A stretch of 64,000 nucleotides of DNA. It comes from Caulobacteraceae bacterium (GTDB taxonomy: Bacteria > Pseudomonadota > Alphaproteobacteria > Caulobacterales > Caulobacteraceae). Below, one piece after another: positions 46,837 through 56,736 of the stretch. Within the stretch, counting starts at the first letter, position 1; every line of letters begins with the position of its first letter. The stretch covers positions 5,675 to 69,674 of the forward strand of contig DASZMV010000068.1 in the NCBI GenBank assembly GCA_035551675.1, written 5' to 3'. A program made the position numbers and the translations under genes. The notes under the pieces are model-generated. The model was given only the letters and a program-made list of their open reading frames with translations, did not search any database and was not told the DNA's origin.

Positions 46837-47316
46837 ATGGACATGCCCCTCCGCTCCCCCTCCGGCTACGACCTCTCCCCGCCCTCGCCCGACGAACGCC
46901 AGGCGCTCGAAGCCTCGCTGACCCGCGAGGAGAAGGACGTGCTGCTGCACCACGGCACCGAGGCGCCGTTCTGCGGCCTTCTGCTGCACAACAAGGACGA
47001 GGGCGTCTACGACTGCCGCCTCTGCGGCCTGCCGCTGTTCCGCTCGGGCGGCAAATTCGACAGCGGCACCGGCTGGCCGAGCTTCACCGCCCCCTACGAC
47101 GACGCCCACATCAAGGTCGTGCGCGACACCGCCTACGGCATGGTGCGCGAAGAGATCCGCTGCGTCCGCTGCGACAGCCACATGGGCCACGTCTTCAACG
47201 ACGGCCCGCCCCCGACCCACCAGCGCTTCTGCATGAACTCGCTGTCGCTGAGCTTCACGCCCAAGGGCGAGCCCCTCCCCGATCCGTTACACCGCGGGGA
47301 GACGACGGCGGTTTGA
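46837..47316 (+). CDS. msrB: Peptide-methionine (R)-S-oxide reductase MsrB
   Basis: Contains CRLCGLPLF, GTGWPSF, CVRCDSHMGHVFNDGP and RFCMNS. Confidence 0.9.
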   Translation: MDMPLRSPSGYDLSPPSPDERQALEASLTREEKDVLLHHGTEAPFCGLLLHNKDEGVYDCRLCGLPLFRSGGKFDSGTGWPSFTAPYDDAHIKVVRDTAYGMVREEIRCVRCDSHMGHVFNDGPPPTHQRFCMNSLSLSFTPKGEPLPDPLHRGETTAV

Positions 47317-47378
47317 TCACGACAGCCCGCCGTGGCGGATTGGTTATCTATTTGATATAAAGCATGTATTTTCTTTTG

Positions 47379-47394
47379 ATCACAGATTTGTGAT
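47379..47394. promoter_or_regulatory. Palindrome ATCACA-GATT-TGTGAT inside a conspicuous AT-rich island
   Basis: Perfect 6-bp arms, about 70 bp upstream of the DUF4349 gene start. The flanking sequence (about 47335-47420) is visibly AT-rich compared with the rest of the window. Confidence 0.35.
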
Positions 47395-47460
47395 TTCCTG
47401 CTGGATTTTACTCACGACTCCGTTACCGTTTGTTTCGGGGCCGGGGCAGGACCCAACACG

Positions 47461-48405
47461 ATGAACAAGAAGCTCGTGCTTGCCCTCGTGCTCGCCGCCT
47501 CCGTGGCCGCGTGCAAGAAACCCGCTGACCACAACAGCGCCCTCCCCGACGTCACCGCCCCTGCCGCTTCCGCACCCAGTTCCGCAGCCGCGGACGGCGG
47601 CTCCAACACGACGGCCGCGGCGGCGCCTTCTGCAAAGACGCGTTCCACAGAGACGGGAACCGCACCGACCGATGGCGCAAAGCCGCTCGCGGTCACGGCG
47701 CCCGATCTCGCCTACGCCTACAACTATGCGGTCGAGGCGCCGGCGCGCGACGTCTCGCATCTGTTGCGACAGCATGAGGAGGCATGCGATCTCGCCGGCC
47801 CGACCGTGTGTCAGGTCGTCGGGGCCCAGGCCAAGTCGATCGGCAACGACGACGTCAGCGGCCATCTCGAGTTGCGCGCGCAGCCGCAGTGGATCGCCAA
47901 GTTCCGCGACCGTATCGAGGACGACGTGCGGGCGCTGGGCGGCAAGGTCAGCACCTCCGACACCAGCACTGAAGACTTCAGTCGTTCGCTGGTCGATACC
48001 GACGCGGGGATTCGTTCGAAGATCGAACTGCGCGACCGGCTCGAAACCTTGCTGAAGACGCACAAGGGCAAGCTCGACGACCTGGTGGCGCTCGAACAAC
48101 AGGTCAGCGACGTGCAGAGCCAGATCAATGCGGCGCAATCCGAGCTCGCGGTGATGAAGACCCGCGTGCAGACCCAGACGCTGGTGGTCGACTATCGCTC
48201 GCTCACCGCGCTGGCGCCCGACAGCGCGTTCCGGCCGGTGTCACAGGCGGCGCACAGCTTCACCGGCCACTTCATGATGGTGGTGGCGGGGATCATTCAC
48301 CTGCTGTCGGTGTTGTCGCCGCTCGGCCTGATCGGCGGCGTGATCTGGTGGTTCCTGAAGAGCCGCAAGCGTACGGCGCCGGTCGCGCCGCCGACGGCGG
48401 GCTAG
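47461..48405 (+). CDS. DUF4349-domain lipoprotein
   Basis: Lipobox LAASVAAC, a coiled-coil middle region, and a C-terminal TM (VVAGIIHLLSVLSPLGLIGGVIWWFL), which is the DUF4349 layout. Confidence 0.65.
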   Translation: MNKKLVLALVLAASVAACKKPADHNSALPDVTAPAASAPSSAAADGGSNTTAAAAPSAKTRSTETGTAPTDGAKPLAVTAPDLAYAYNYAVEAPARDVSHLLRQHEEACDLAGPTVCQVVGAQAKSIGNDDVSGHLELRAQPQWIAKFRDRIEDDVRALGGKVSTSDTSTEDFSRSLVDTDAGIRSKIELRDRLETLLKTHKGKLDDLVALEQQVSDVQSQINAAQSELAVMKTRVQTQTLVVDYRSLTALAPDSAFRPVSQAAHSFTGHFMMVVAGIIHLLSVLSPLGLIGGVIWWFLKSRKRTAPVAPPTAG

Positions 48406-50105
48406 GCTTCCATCAGGGCCCGCGCCGCCGCGCGGGCCGCATCGGTAATCTCGGCGCCGGCGAGCATGCGAGCGAGTTCTTCCTCGCGTTCCGCCGGCGT
48501 CAGTTCCGTCACCGAGGTGCGCACGGCCTTCGAGGCTTCGCGCTTCGCTACGCGCCAGTGCGCGTCGCCGCGCGCGGCGACTTGGGGGCTGTGGGTGACG
48601 ACGAGCACCTGGCCGGTTTCCGCCAGGCGCTTCAAGCGCAAGCCGACCGCGTCCGCCACGGCGCCGCCGACGCCCTGGTCCACCTCGTCGAAGATCATGG
48701 CGAGGCCGATGCCGGGTTCAGTTCCCGCGAGCGAGGCCTTCAGCGCCAGGGCGAAGCGCGCGAGTTCGCCGCCCGACGCGATGTCGCCGAGGCCGCCGAA
48801 CGGCGCGCCCGGGTTGGTCGAGATCTCGAACTCGACGCGATCGGCGCCTTCGGGTCCCTGGCGGTCGTCGGCAAGCGGCGCGACCGCGACGCGGAAGCGC
48901 GCCTTCTCAAGCTTCAACGGTTTCAATTCCGCCGACACCGACTTGGTCAGCCTCTCGCCCGCATTCGCGCGCGCCTTAGTGAGCGCCGTGGCGGCGTCGC
49001 GATAGTCGGCTTCGCGCGCGGCGGCCTCCGCGTCCGCAGCGGCGAGCGCGCTTTCGGAATCCTCGATCAGGCGAAGCGCCTGCGCGATCCGCGTGCGCTC
49101 CGTCGGCAGCGCATCGACGCTAACGCCGAGTTTGCGCGCTTCGGCGCGCAGCGCGAACAGCCTCTCCTCGGCCTTGTCGAGACGGCCGGGTTCGAAGTCG
49201 AAAGCCTCCGCCGCCGCATCCACCGCCGCGACGGCTTCGAGCGCTTCGACCAGGGCCCGATCCACCGCTTCCGACGCGGTCTTCAGCCGCGCGATCACCG
49301 CATTGGCTTCACCCGCGCCGGATTGCAGCGCCCGTTCGCGGGCGCGGTCGAGCGCGCGCAACGCTTGCGACAGCCGTTGAGTCAGGACGTCGCCGCCGAG
49401 CGCCTCACCGGCGGCGGAAATGTCGGTCAGCGCCTTTTCCGCGGCGCCCAGCAGCGCGCGCTCTTCCGCGAGCATCTGTTCTTCGCCTTCGCGGGGGTCG
49501 AGACGGTCGAGCGCGGCCAGCCGTTCCGCCAGATCGACGGCCTCGGCGGACGCGCGCGCGGCGCGTTCGCGCAGTTCCGACGCGGCGACCACGGCCGTGC
49601 GCCAAGCCTTCCAGGCCTTGCGGACGGCCTCGACCTTGGGCGCCAAGCCGGCATAGGCGTCGAGCAGGCCGCGATGGGTGCGCGCGTCGAGCAGGCCCAC
49701 GGTCTCGTGCTGGCCGTGCACCTCGATCAGGTGTTCCCCAAGCTCGCGCAGCACGCCGATGGAGACCGCCTGGTCGTTGACGAAGGCGCGGCTGCGCCCG
49801 TCGGCGCTCAGTTGGCGACGCAGCACCAAATCCTCGCCCGCGTCGAACGCCAGTTCCTTTTCGCGCAGGATGGCCCAGACCGCGTGGTCGGCGCCGGGTG
49901 CGAAGACGGCGGTGGCGACCGCGCGTTCGGCGCCGGTGCGCACCAGGCCCGCCTCGGCGCGCACGCCGGCGGCCAGGCCCAGGGCATCGAGAATGATGGA
50001 TTTGCCCGCGCCGGTCTCACCGGTCAGGACCGTCAGTCCGGGGCCGAAGGCGAGGTCGAGCGCCTCGACCAAGACCACGTCGCGGATCGTAAGCCCGATC
50101 AGCAT
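48402..50105 (-). CDS. recN: DNA repair protein RecN
   Basis: 567 aa. Walker A GETGAGKSIILDAL, a long coiled coil, and a C-terminal SGGELARFALALK signature. Confidence 0.93.
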   Translation of the reverse strand: MLIGLTIRDVVLVEALDLAFGPGLTVLTGETGAGKSIILDALGLAAGVRAEAGLVRTGAERAVATAVFAPGADHAVWAILREKELAFDAGEDLVLRRQLSADGRSRAFVNDQAVSIGVLRELGEHLIEVHGQHETVGLLDARTHRGLLDAYAGLAPKVEAVRKAWKAWRTAVVAASELRERAARASAEAVDLAERLAALDRLDPREGEEQMLAEERALLGAAEKALTDISAAGEALGGDVLTQRLSQALRALDRARERALQSGAGEANAVIARLKTASEAVDRALVEALEAVAAVDAAAEAFDFEPGRLDKAEERLFALRAEARKLGVSVDALPTERTRIAQALRLIEDSESALAAADAEAAAREADYRDAATALTKARANAGERLTKSVSAELKPLKLEKARFRVAVAPLADDRQGPEGADRVEFEISTNPGAPFGGLGDIASGGELARFALALKASLAGTEPGIGLAMIFDEVDQGVGGAVADAVGLRLKRLAETGQVLVVTHSPQVAARGDAHWRVAKREASKAVRTSVTELTPAEREEELARMLAGAEITDAARAAARALMEA

Positions 50106-50131
50106 GGGCTCACCTTAGCGGATTCGAGTTT

Positions 50132-50203
50132 CGATTTGGCCTGCTTTCTGACGAAAGCTAGGGCGTCCGATTTGGCCTGCTTTCTCACGAAAGCTAGGGC
50201 GTC
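50132..50203. repeat. Tandem duplication of a 36-bp unit, each copy carrying a gctttc-NNNN-gaaagc hairpin
   Basis: Copies at 50132-50167 and 50168-50203 differ at one base. They fill most of the bamD-recN intergenic region, and the last 2 nt of copy 2 overlap the bamD stop codon. Confidence 0.85.
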
Positions 50204-51095
50204 AGCTGTCCTTGGGCTGAAGCGCCGACTTCTTCTTGGGATCGTATCTGCGCTCGCCGCGGCCGCGCTTGCCCTTGGGGTTCGGCGGCGTGTCGAGGCG
50301 CATGCCGTTGCGGGCCATCAGGTTGTAGGCGTCCGAGTACCACCGGTCGCCCGGGTAGTTGTACCCCAGGACGGAGGCGTTACGCCGCGCCTCGTCGGTC
50401 AGCCCCATGGTCAGGTCGGTCTCGACCAGACGATAAAGCGCCTCGGGCGTGTGCGAGGTGGTCTGGTACTTGTCGATCACGTCCTTGAACCGGCCCTCGG
50501 CGGCCAGGGGCTGGCTGTTGCGCAGGTACCAGCGGCCCACCGACATTTCCTTGCCGGCGAGCTGGTCGTTGACCATGTCGATCTTCAGACGCGCGTCCTC
50601 GGCGTAGTCGGTATGCGGGTAACGCTCGGTCACCTGACGCAGCTGAACCAGCGCGTTGGCGGTCGCGCCCTGGTCACGCTGAACATCCATGATCTGCTCG
50701 AAGTAACAGATCGACTTCAGGTAATAGGCGTACGACGTCTGGGTGTTGCCCGGATAGAGCTGGATGAAGCGGTCCGCGGTCGAGATCGCGTCGTCGTAGT
50801 TGTTGGCCTCGTAGTAGGCGTAGGCCTCCATCAGGATCGAGCGACGGGCCCACTCGGAATAGGGGTGCTGGCGCTCCACCTCGTCGAAATAGTCGACCGC
50901 GTCGTTCCAACGGTGGGCGTCGAGCTTTTGCGCGCCGGCAAGGTAGAGCTGATCCACCGGACGCTCTTCATAGGCGATCTTGGGCTTGGCTCTGCCGTGG
51001 TGCAGGCCCGGGATATGGGAGCAGCCCGCGACCAGGGCGGCGGCAGCGATGAGCGCCAGGGCCAAGAACCCGCGGCTGGAGACCTTACCAAACAC
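50202..51095 (-). CDS. bamD: Outer-membrane protein assembly factor BamD
   Basis: Lipobox LVAGC. TPR-like repeats with the YfiO/BamD sequence YLAGAQKLDAHRWNDAVDYFDEVERQHPYSEWA. Confidence 0.9.
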   Translation of the reverse strand: MFGKVSSRGFLALALIAAAALVAGCSHIPGLHHGRAKPKIAYEERPVDQLYLAGAQKLDAHRWNDAVDYFDEVERQHPYSEWARRSILMEAYAYYEANNYDDAISTADRFIQLYPGNTQTSYAYYLKSICYFEQIMDVQRDQGATANALVQLRQVTERYPHTDYAEDARLKIDMVNDQLAGKEMSVGRWYLRNSQPLAAEGRFKDVIDKYQTTSHTPEALYRLVETDLTMGLTDEARRNASVLGYNYPGDRWYSDAYNLMARNGMRLDTPPNPKGKRGRGERRYDPKKKSALQPKDS

Positions 51096-51252
51096 CTTAG
51101 GAACCTCTTGCTGACGCGGCGCTTCCCCGAGAGGTCGCTTCTACACGACCGCCCCGGGCGCGCCAACCGGATCGGGCGCCGCAGGGGCAGGTCTGGATAG
51201 GAAGAAAATAAGGCGGCACAGGGGTCGGCCGGTCACGTTCAGACGGCGACGC

Positions 51253-52185
51253 TCAGACGGCCTCGGCCATCTCCCGCTCGAAGGTCACCACGCGCCAGGC
51301 CGACGGACGGGCCAGGAGCGCCCGCACCACTGCGTTGTTGAGGCCATGGCCGGCTTTGCGGCCTTCGAACCGGGCCAGCATGGGCATGCCCAGGACGTAG
51401 AGGTCGCCGACGGCGTCCAGCGCCTTGTGGCGGGCGAACTCGTCGGGGAAGCGCAGACCTTCCGGGTTCAGCACCGTGTCGCCGTCGATGACGATGGCGT
51501 TCTCCAGCGAGCCGCCGCGGGCCAGGCCGGCCGCACGCAGGGCCTCGACCTCTTCGACGAAGCCGAAGGTGCGGGCGGCGGAGAGCTCCTTGCGGAAGCT
51601 GTCTTCGGTCACGACCAGGTCTACCGACTGACGGCCGATGACGGCGGTCGGGAAATCGACCTCGAAGAACATCTCGAAGCGGCTGCAGGGCAGGAGTCTG
51701 GCGGATTTGTCGCCCTCCTCGACCACCACCTCTTCCAGCACCTCGATATAGCGTTGGGGCTGCTGCTGGCGGCGGAAGCCCGCCCGGTCCAGGAGTTCGA
51801 TGAAGGGCTCGGCCGAGCCGTCCATGATCGGAACCTCGGGCCCGTCCAACTCGACGGTCACGTTGTCGACGCCCAACGCCGCAAGCGCGGCCATCAGGTG
51901 CTCGATGGTGGAAACCTTAACGCCCGAGGCATTGGCGATGACGGTGCCCAGGCGGGTCGCGACCACGGCCTCTGCCGTGGCGGGCACGCGGTTGTCGCGG
52001 TCCTTCACGTCGGTTCGCACGAACACAACACCCGAACCGGCCGGAGCCGGACGGATCGCCATGCGGACGCGCTCGCCCGTATGCAGGCCCAGGCCGGCCA
52101 TGATCGCCGGGCCGGCCAAGGTATGTTCGTGGATTTCCGAGGACGCCTGATTCACACCCAACCTCGACACCTTACCCAACCTCAC
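51253..52185 (-). CDS. lpxC: UDP-3-O-acyl-N-acetylglucosamine deacetylase LpxC
   Basis: Contains GLGLHTGERVRMAIRPAPAGSGVVF.RTD, TIEHLMAAL and HKALDAVGDL. The true start may be the GTG at 52155. Confidence 0.9.
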   Translation of the reverse strand: MRLGKVSRLGVNQASSEIHEHTLAGPAIMAGLGLHTGERVRMAIRPAPAGSGVVFVRTDVKDRDNRVPATAEAVVATRLGTVIANASGVKVSTIEHLMAALAALGVDNVTVELDGPEVPIMDGSAEPFIELLDRAGFRRQQQPQRYIEVLEEVVVEEGDKSARLLPCSRFEMFFEVDFPTAVIGRQSVDLVVTEDSFRKELSAARTFGFVEEVEALRAAGLARGGSLENAIVIDGDTVLNPEGLRFPDEFARHKALDAVGDLYVLGMPMLARFEGRKAGHGLNNAVVRALLARPSAWRVVTFEREMAEAV

Positions 52186-52342
52186 TGAAGCCGCCCCCGA
52201 GACGGCTTGAACCCAGCGGATCAGCTACCGGGAGCGTTCCGGACCCTCAACTAAAGTCGCGTTTCGCTTTGTTGCAGCAACCTTAACGGGGAGCATCCCG
52301 AGGCCGGAAGCCATTGAGGATCCTGTCGTAAACGAGAATTTC

Positions 52343-54388
52343 ATGCGTTCGCGACAAACTCGCCGGAAAGATGGGTCGACCGGGCGCAACATGTTGCAGT
52401 TGATTGTCATGGCGGTGCTGGTCGGAGGGGTCGTCGCGGGGGGATTTCTTGTCCTGCGCGAAAAGTTCAAGGCCGACCGCCGGCTGAGAGACGCGATTTC
52501 GGTCATCCCGGCCGGGCTCGGCTTCTATGACTCCCAGGACCGTCTCTACCTCTGGAACAAGACCTACGAGGAAGTCTCCGGCAGCCGCGGCGAACCGCTG
52601 AGGGCGGGCGTCAGGTTTCGCGAGCTGATCGAGACCGACCTCAAGAACAACCACTACGCCGAGGCGGTCGGCCGCGAGAAGGCCTGGCTCGACGAACGGG
52701 TCACCCTTCGGGCGCTCGCCTCGGGGTCGCTCGAACAGGATCTGGGCGGCGGCCGCTGGCTGCGCGTCGAGGACCGGCGCTCGTCGGATGGCGGCATCGT
52801 GTCGATCTGCACCGACATCACCGAGCTGAAGCTGCGCGAGAGTTCGTTCAAGATACTGTTCGATTCCAACCCGGTGCCGATGTGGCTGTGGGAAGGCGGA
52901 CGCTCGTTGAAGATACTGCAGATGAACGCCGCGGCGCTGCAACACCTCGGCTACACCGACGACGAAGTCGCCAAGCTCACCGTGTTCGACGTGTTGTCGG
53001 TGAACGACTGGCCGGCGTTACACGAGATGATCCGCACCGGCATCGCCCAGAGCTACGACGCCGAGCGCATCTGGTCGCCGCGCCGCAAGGACGGCGTGCA
53101 CCGACGCGCCATGCCGTATATCCAGATGCTGCCCGATCCGCTCGGCAAGCCGCGCTTCGTGGGCGCCATCGTCGACGTCACCGATCGTATGGATGCGGAG
53201 GACGCGCTGCGCCGGAGCACCGAGACTTTGGCCGCCGCCAAGGAAGAGGCCGAGGCGGCAAACCGCGTGAAGAGCGAGTTCCTCGCCACCATGAGCCATG
53301 AACTGCGCACGCCGTTGAACGGCGTGCTCGGCATGGCGGACCTGCTGGCCAGAGCGGAACTGGGGCCGAAGGAGCGTGAGATGGTCGAGATCGTCCGCGC
53401 CTCGGGCGCGACGCTCGAACGCCTGCTCTCCGACATCCTCGACATCGTCAGCGTCGAAACGGGATGCCTGTCGGTCGATGCGCAGCCGTTCGACCTCGGC
53501 GACGCCGTCACCGCGGTCGCGGGGCTGTTCGAGCCGTCCGCGCGCGACAAGGGCTTGACCCTGCGCGTCGAAATCGCCGACGAGGCCGCCGCCATGTTCC
53601 GGGGCGACGCCGTACGCGTGAAACAGATCCTCGGCGCCCTGGTCTCCAACGCGGTGAAGTTCACCGATCGCGGCGGCGTCAGCGTTGCGGCGAGCGCGAC
53701 CGAGGCCGGCGTGCGCCTGCAGGTGCGCGACACCGGCGTGGGTTTCGACCCGGAGGACGCGCAGCGCATCTTCGGCCGCTTCGAACAGGCGGACGGATCG
53801 ATCACACGCCGCCATGGCGGCTCGGGTCTGGGCCTCTCGATCGCGCGCGACCTCGTCGCCCTGATGGGCGGAACCATCGAAGCCCAATCGGCGCGCGGCG
53901 ACGGCGCGACCTTTACCGTCGACCTTCCGCTGGCCCGTGTCGACACCGTCGAGATGTCGGCTCGCGAAGGTGAATCCGCCGACAGCGACCGTCCCCTGCG
54001 CATCCTTCTGGCCGACGATCATCCGACCAACCGCAAGGTCGTGGAGCTGATGCTCGCCGCCGCCGAGGCGGAGCTGGTGTCGGTGGAGAACGGTCTGGAA
54101 GCGCTGGAAGCCTATCAGGCCACGCCATTCGACGTGGTGTTGATGGACATGCAGATGCCCGTGATGGACGGTCTGACCGCGATCCGCCGCATCCGCGACT
54201 ACGAACGCGACACGAGCCTTGCGCCGGCGCCGGTGATCATGCTGACCGCCAATGCCCTGCCCGAACACGTGCGCGCCGCGGCCGAAGCCGGCGCCGACCG
54301 CCACCTCGCCAAACCGATCACTGCGCAAACTCTGCTGGGCGCCATCAGCGCCGTGCTCGACCAGACCGGCGATCGTCGCGCCGCATAA
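52343..54388 (+). CDS. Hybrid sensor histidine kinase / response regulator with PAS domains
   Basis: N-terminal TM and two PAS-like regions. H-box MSHELRTPLNGVLGM. ATPase boxes VSNAVKFT, DTGVGF and GSGLGLSI. C-terminal receiver ILLADDHPTNRKV ... VLMDMQMPVMDG ... KP. Confidence 0.9.
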   Translation: MRSRQTRRKDGSTGRNMLQLIVMAVLVGGVVAGGFLVLREKFKADRRLRDAISVIPAGLGFYDSQDRLYLWNKTYEEVSGSRGEPLRAGVRFRELIETDLKNNHYAEAVGREKAWLDERVTLRALASGSLEQDLGGGRWLRVEDRRSSDGGIVSICTDITELKLRESSFKILFDSNPVPMWLWEGGRSLKILQMNAAALQHLGYTDDEVAKLTVFDVLSVNDWPALHEMIRTGIAQSYDAERIWSPRRKDGVHRRAMPYIQMLPDPLGKPRFVGAIVDVTDRMDAEDALRRSTETLAAAKEEAEAANRVKSEFLATMSHELRTPLNGVLGMADLLARAELGPKEREMVEIVRASGATLERLLSDILDIVSVETGCLSVDAQPFDLGDAVTAVAGLFEPSARDKGLTLRVEIADEAAAMFRGDAVRVKQILGALVSNAVKFTDRGGVSVAASATEAGVRLQVRDTGVGFDPEDAQRIFGRFEQADGSITRRHGGSGLGLSIARDLVALMGGTIEAQSARGDGATFTVDLPLARVDTVEMSAREGESADSDRPLRILLADDHPTNRKVVELMLAAAEAELVSVENGLEALEAYQATPFDVVLMDMQMPVMDGLTAIRRIRDYERDTSLAPAPVIMLTANALPEHVRAAAEAGADRHLAKPITAQTLLGAISAVLDQTGDRRAA

Positions 54389-54401
54389 CGCGTCGATCGG
54401 G

Positions 54402-54635
54402 CTAGAGACCACCCGGCCTGGACACGACGATCAGGACCACCATCACGCTGAGCACGAAGGTCACAAGGTTGAAGGCCCCGTAGGCCCAGAACCATGCCGG
54501 GTTTCCCTTCAGCGGCGCGGCGCCGTTCAGGGCCAGGCTAAAGAAGCAGTACATCCGCTTGGTGGCGAAGCCGCGCATGAGCCAGAACCCCGACAGGGCG
54601 GCCATGACGATGGCGGCGATGAGGTCGATCAGCAT
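54402..54635 (-). CDS. Small membrane protein, hypothetical
   Basis: Three hydrophobic segments. The start is taken at the internal ATG (MLIDLIAAIV...). No motif recognised. Confidence 0.4.
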   Translation of the reverse strand: MLIDLIAAIVMAALSGFWLMRGFATKRMYCFFSLALNGAAPLKGNPAWFWAYGAFNLVTFVLSVMVVLIVVSRPGGL

Positions 54636-54727
54636 CCCGTTCCCCCCGGCCGCCCGCGAACTCGCCTCTCGCGTCAGCGGACCAATCCGCATAACCTGTC
54701 CGAGAAACAAGCGGGGGACAATCGCTG

Positions 54728-55021
54728 ATGGGTTGGATCAGTCGATTCATGATGGGCGGCGTGGGCGCGTTTTTCGCCGGCATCTTCTTTGGTCTGAAGG
54801 ATCTCGGACCCTATCTCAACGCCGCCCGAACGGGCGTCGTCGTGCGCCGCGGCTACAATGCAGTAAAGATCGCGCGCGATGAAGACCCCGCGCGGTTCGC
54901 GACTCTGGTCGCCAGTCGTCGCAAGGGGGTGTTCTACGGCTTTGGCTTGTCCGCCGCCGGCGCCGCGACCGCGGTCATCTGCTTCATCCTGATGATGGCG
55001 ATCACCAAAGCGCGGTTCTGA
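54728..55021 (+). CDS. Small two-TM membrane protein, hypothetical
   Basis: 97 aa with hydrophobic termini, followed by a bidirectional terminator. Confidence 0.45.
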   Translation: MGWISRFMMGGVGAFFAGIFFGLKDLGPYLNAARTGVVVRRGYNAVKIARDEDPARFATLVASRRKGVFYGFGLSAAGAATAVICFILMMAITKARF

Positions 55022-55034
55022 GCTCGTCGCATAG

Positions 55035-55066
55035 AAAAAGCCCCGGCCTCAGCGGCCAGGGCTTTT
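55035..55066. terminator. Bidirectional intrinsic terminator
   Basis: An A-run, then the stem gccccggcc / ggccagggc (8 of 9 pairs), then a T-run. It sits between the convergent small membrane gene and ftsZ. Confidence 0.75.
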
Positions 55067-55089
55067 CCGTACGCCCCGTGAAAGGGCGA

Positions 55090-56736
55090 TCAGTTGGCGA
55101 GACGGCGCAGGAAGGACGGGATTTCCAGGTCGTCCTGGCCGGCGGGTTCATGGGCCTCCGCCTCGACGGGCTGGGCCTGCTGCGTCGTGCGCAGCTGGGT
55201 CTGGGACAGGCGCTGCTGCTCGGGCCGCGGACGGCCGCCGCCGAACAGGCCGCGCCAGCCGCTCTTGCGCGGTTCGCCGTAGCGCGCGTCGAGGTCGGCC
55301 TCGGCGGCCGGCTGTTGACGCTGTTGCGGTTGCGGCGTCAGGCGCGTGGTGTGGTTGGTGCGCTCCACCGCCGCCGGCTTGGACAGATAGAGATCGCCCT
55401 GGCTCTCTTCGTCGGCGACCAGCGGATCGACGATGCGCGCGATCGGCGCGTTGTCGTCGGTCGACGCGGCCGAACGGACTTCCTCGACGCGTGGCTCGCG
55501 GATGTCGACGCGGCGGCCGCCGGTGACGGTGTGCTTTTCCGGATCGAAGCTGCGGACGGTTTCCGGCTCGGCCTGGCCGAACACGCGGCGCTCGATGCGC
55601 GGCTCAGCAGTGCGCATCACCGGCTGGGTAACGGCGGGCTGGGCGGCGTGAGCCATCGCCGGCTCGGGCTTGCGCGCGTCTTCGATGCGGACTTCGGGAC
55701 GGGCCGGCGCGGGACGCGCGACCGCCTGCACGGGCTGGGCGACCGGCTTGGGCTCGATCTTGGCCATGGCGGCGGAGTCCATGCCGGTGGCGACCACCGA
55801 CACGCGGATCTTGCCGTCGAGCGACGGGTCGAAGGCGGCGCCGAAGATGATGTTGGCTTCCGGGTCCACCTCGTTGGAGATGGTGTTGGCCGCCTCGTCG
55901 ACTTCCAGGAGGGTCATGTCGAGACCGCCGGTGACGTTCACCAGCACGGCCTTGGCGCCCTTCAGCGAGGTCTCGTCGAGCAGGGGGTTCTGGATGGCGT
56001 TCTGGGCGGCGTGCAGGGCGCGGTCGTCGCCCGACGCCTCGCCGGTGCCCATCATCGCCTTGCCCATCTCGCTCATCACCGTGCGCACGTCGGCGAAGTC
56101 GAGGTTGATCAGGCCCGGCAGCACCATCAGGTCGGTGATCGAGCGCACGCCCGAGTGCAGCACCTGGTCGGCCATGCCGAAGGCTTCGGCGAAGGTGGTC
56201 CGCTCATTGGCGACGCGGAACAGGTTCTGGTTCGGAATGATGATCAGGGTGTCGACGAAGCGCTGCAGTTCCTGGATGCCGGCGTCGGCCAGGCGCATCC
56301 GGTGGCGGCCTTCGAAGGTGAAGGGCTTGGTCACGACGCCGACGGTCAAGATGCCGCGCTCCCGCGCGCACTTGGCGATGACCGGCGCGGCGCCGGTGCC
56401 GGTGCCGCCGCCCATGCCCGCGGTGATGAACACCATGTGAGCGCCTTCGAGGTGCTCGGAGATCTCGTCTTCCGACTCCTGCGCCGCCGACATCCCCACC
56501 TCTGGGTGCGCGCCGGCGCCCAGGCCCTGGGTGATGCTGGCGCCGAGCTGGACGCGACGGTCGGTCTTGGAGAACTGAAGCTGCTGCGCGTCGGTGTTGG
56601 CGACGACGAATTCTACGCCGCCCAGGCCCGCGTCGATCATGTTGTTGACGGCGTTGCCGCCCGCGCCGCCGATCCCGAAGATCACGATGCGGGGCTTCAA
56701 TTCCGTCGTACGCGGCGCGGACAGTGAAATTGTCAT
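55090..56736 (-). CDS. ftsZ: Cell-division GTPase FtsZ with a long disordered C-terminal linker
   Basis: 548 aa. Contains [13 protein letters not shown] and [13 protein letters not shown]. The linker is about 200 aa and P/Q/R/A-rich. The conserved C-terminal peptide is [11 protein letters not shown]. Confidence 0.97.
   Translation of the reverse strand: MTISLSAPRTTELKPRIVIFGIGGAGGNAVNNMIDAGLGGVEFVVANTDAQQLQFSKTDRRVQLGASITQGLGAGAHPEVGMSAAQESEDEISEHLEGAHMVFITAGMGGGTGTGAAPVIAKCARERGILTVGVVTKPFTFEGRHRMRLADAGIQELQRFVDTLIIIPNQNLFRVANERTTFAEAFGMADQVLHSGVRSITDLMVLPGLINLDFADVRTVMSEMGKAMMGTGEASGDDRALHAAQNAIQNPLLDETSLKGAKAVLVNVTGGLDMTLLEVDEAANTISNEVDPEANIIFGAAFDPSLDGKIRVSVVATGMDSAAMAKIEPKPVAQPVQAVARPAPARPEVRIEDARKPEPAMAHAAQPAVTQPVMRTAEPRIERRVFGQAEPETVRSFDPEKHTVTGGRRVDIREPRVEEVRSAASTDDNAPIARIVDPLVADEESQGDLYLSKPAAVERTNHTTRLTPQPQQRQQPAAEADLDARYGEPRKSGWRGLFGGGRPRPEQQRLSQTQLRTTQQAQPVEAEAHEPAGQDDLEIPSFLRRLAN

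Noticed and set aside
50106-50201. The expected alphaproteobacterial LexA (SOS) box GTTC-N7-GTTC / GAAC-N7-GAAC upstream of recN.
   Set aside because: No GTTC or GAAC tetramer occurs in the recN upstream spacer. Only a loose TTCG-N3-TTCG and one GANTC (GATTC at 50121-50125) are present. I cannot support an SOS box there, though it may lie further upstream inside bamD.
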